In this document: positions 62,509 through 64,000 of the stretch, in pieces | Position numbering within the stretch: position 1 is the first letter of the stretch | Layout of the letters: the number at the start of each line of letters is the position of its first letter | From: Candidatus Sumerlaeales bacterium | GTDB taxonomy: Bacteria > Sumerlaeota > Sumerlaeia > Sumerlaeales > Sumerlaeaceae | Direction of reading: 5' to 3' | Length of the DNA stretch: 64,000 nt | Assembly: GCA_038243585.1 (NCBI GenBank) | Contig: JBBSQY010000007.1 | Span: 5,069 to 69,068 of the forward strand | Made by a program: the position numbers and the translations under genes | Notes under the pieces: generated by a model | Seen by the model: the letters and a program-made list of their open reading frames with translations, nothing else | Told to the model about the DNA's origin: nothing | Database searches by the model: none

Positions 62509-63936
62509 TTAGGAGTCTTTGACCTGGATTTTAATCCAGCTTTCCTGCGCTTTAGGCAGGTCTATACGGTAGGTGTTTTTAAAAGCCTCGGCAAATTTTT
62601 CTTCTTTTGTAAGACGCGTCACCCATTCGCGCAATTTCTCATGGCCGTACTTACGGTTGAGATGGGTCAAAAAATATTTCGAAAGCAGATAGGCAGTTTC
62701 CGCCGTCCCCTTATTCTCGATTCCCTTAAAGGACTCTTCGAGTTGCTCGAAGCTGATCTGGTGTCGCGTAAGAGCAATTCGCACCTGTTCCTGTTCCCGG
62801 TTGTTTTCCCGAAACTGAGGTTCCATCAGCTGGGCAATTCCCTCGTGAAACCAGGCAGGCACTTCCTGCTTCACATTCATGGCCAGAACCGCGTGGGTGT
62901 ACTCGTGAAAAAGGAGGTCGCGCACAAGTTCTGGCGCGCTAAGAAGTTCATCCGTCCGCAGGCGCATCTTGCCGTCAAAAATGCCGATGGCCCATTCAGG
63001 CAGCTTCGCCACTTTGTAAAAATCTTCCTGCGTGTACACCTTCACGTTGACTGCGCGAGCAGGGTAAACTCCCAGGTCCCGCCCGATCACGGTATAGGCG
63101 TCGTTCAGCATGGCAAGCACCTCGGATATAGAGGTGCCACCGTTATAGTCGGCATACTGGAGAACGAAACGTTTTTCATCGTCAATAACCCGGTGGAAGC
63201 GGGATTCCAGGCCGGATTCATCCTGAATCATTTGAAGGCGGTTTTCCAGGTAATCTTTGTTTTCCTGGCTAACGGGTAAGGCGGCGGAATAGCTGCGGGC
63301 GGCACCGGCATAATCGTTGGATTCATAGGCGAGATCGCCAAGAGAGACATGGGCCACACCGTTTTTGCTGTCTAGGCGAACGGCCTGATCCAGCGATTTG
63401 CGGGCGTCGGAGATCTGGTTGCGCTTCATCAGTTCGGTGCCCCATAAGGTGAGCAGGGCGGAGTAGTTTTCGCGAATGCTGGTGCGCGCCTTCGCATCGC
63501 CAAGCTTGGGCAGGGCCCTGCTGGCTCTCTCAAAGTATCCTTGAGCTTCAACAAAGGCCCGCTCATTGGATTGGTCCACGCCAAGATTGTTTAGCGTCGA
63601 CACGTAATTCTTCAGAAGAACCTGATCTTCAGGAGAAAGGCTGAGAGCTTCTTCATAAGCGTCCAGAGCTTCGTCTGTGTCGCCGGTCGTGCTCATGTGT
63701 AGTGCTTTGCTGTTATACGCCGCCAGAAGATTATGGCGGAAGTCTTTGTTCTTCGGGCGACGGTCTACGGCACCGCGCAGATACGTGATTGCCTCATCAT
63801 AACGTTTTGCCTTCAGGGCCTCCACGCCGCGAGTGTTGGCCTCGTAGGGTTCCCGACTGTTGAGGACCATGGGGATAGCAGCCAGTATAAGACCAAGTAA
63901 AGCGACATTTAGCGCTATCAACAGCCAGCGATTCAT
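62509..63936 (-). CDS. Membrane-anchored TPR protein with C-terminal peptidase MA-like zinc domain
   Basis: N-terminal TM, several TPRs, LFHEYTH...PAWFHEGIAQ. Confidence 0.85.
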   Translation of the reverse strand: MNRWLLIALNVALLGLILAAIPMVLNSREPYEANTRGVEALKAKRYDEAITYLRGAVDRRPKNKDFRHNLLAAYNSKALHMSTTGDTDEALDAYEEALSLSPEDQVLLKNYVSTLNNLGVDQSNERAFVEAQGYFERASRALPKLGDAKARTSIRENYSALLTLWGTELMKRNQISDARKSLDQAVRLDSKNGVAHVSLGDLAYESNDYAGAARSYSAALPVSQENKDYLENRLQMIQDESGLESRFHRVIDDEKRFVLQYADYNGGTSISEVLAMLNDAYTVIGRDLGVYPARAVNVKVYTQEDFYKVAKLPEWAIGIFDGKMRLRTDELLSAPELVRDLLFHEYTHAVLAMNVKQEVPAWFHEGIAQLMEPQFRENNREQEQVRIALTRHQISFEQLEESFKGIENKGTAETAYLLSKYFLTHLNRKYGHEKLREWVTRLTKEEKFAEAFKNTYRIDLPKAQESWIKIQVKDS

Positions 63937-64000
63937 AGGTGATTATTTAGCGTGGGGTGTTTGGAAAATTCAGTTTCCCGGGAGGGAGGTGCATGCAGCT

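Overview
The window has two halves. Positions 1 to ~31,850 are the right end of a genomic island integrated at the 3' end of a tRNA-Ala(CGC) gene (31773-31848, minus strand); its left boundary lies outside the window. The island carries a defence cluster: a Druantia-type DruH-like/DruE pair, and a type III restriction-modification operon with nested NYN RNase, RloA/RloB and RelE-UvrD genes. It also carries a mobility/regulation region with three tyrosine recombinases, two excisionase-like genes and an XRE switch with three phased operators. From ~31,900 to 64,000 is ordinary chromosome: recA, nagA, thyX, dinD, a DsbD-like protein, sugar ABC permeases, an NtrC-type regulator, alpha-2-macroglobulin and three GTAG-type REP copies. 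A C-terminal VDDWQLY motif tentatively suggests Ca. Sumerlaeota (BRC1). The best novelty candidates are (i) a ~60-nt structured RNA with a U-tract directly upstream of the NYN RNase inside the R-M operon (possible RNA-antitoxin module), (ii) an atypical 733-aa tyrosine recombinase preceded by a ~320-nt highly structured region, and (iii) tandem paralogous integrases, the second of which ends inside the antisense of the target tRNA. All calls come from reading motifs by eye; no database search or folding program was run.
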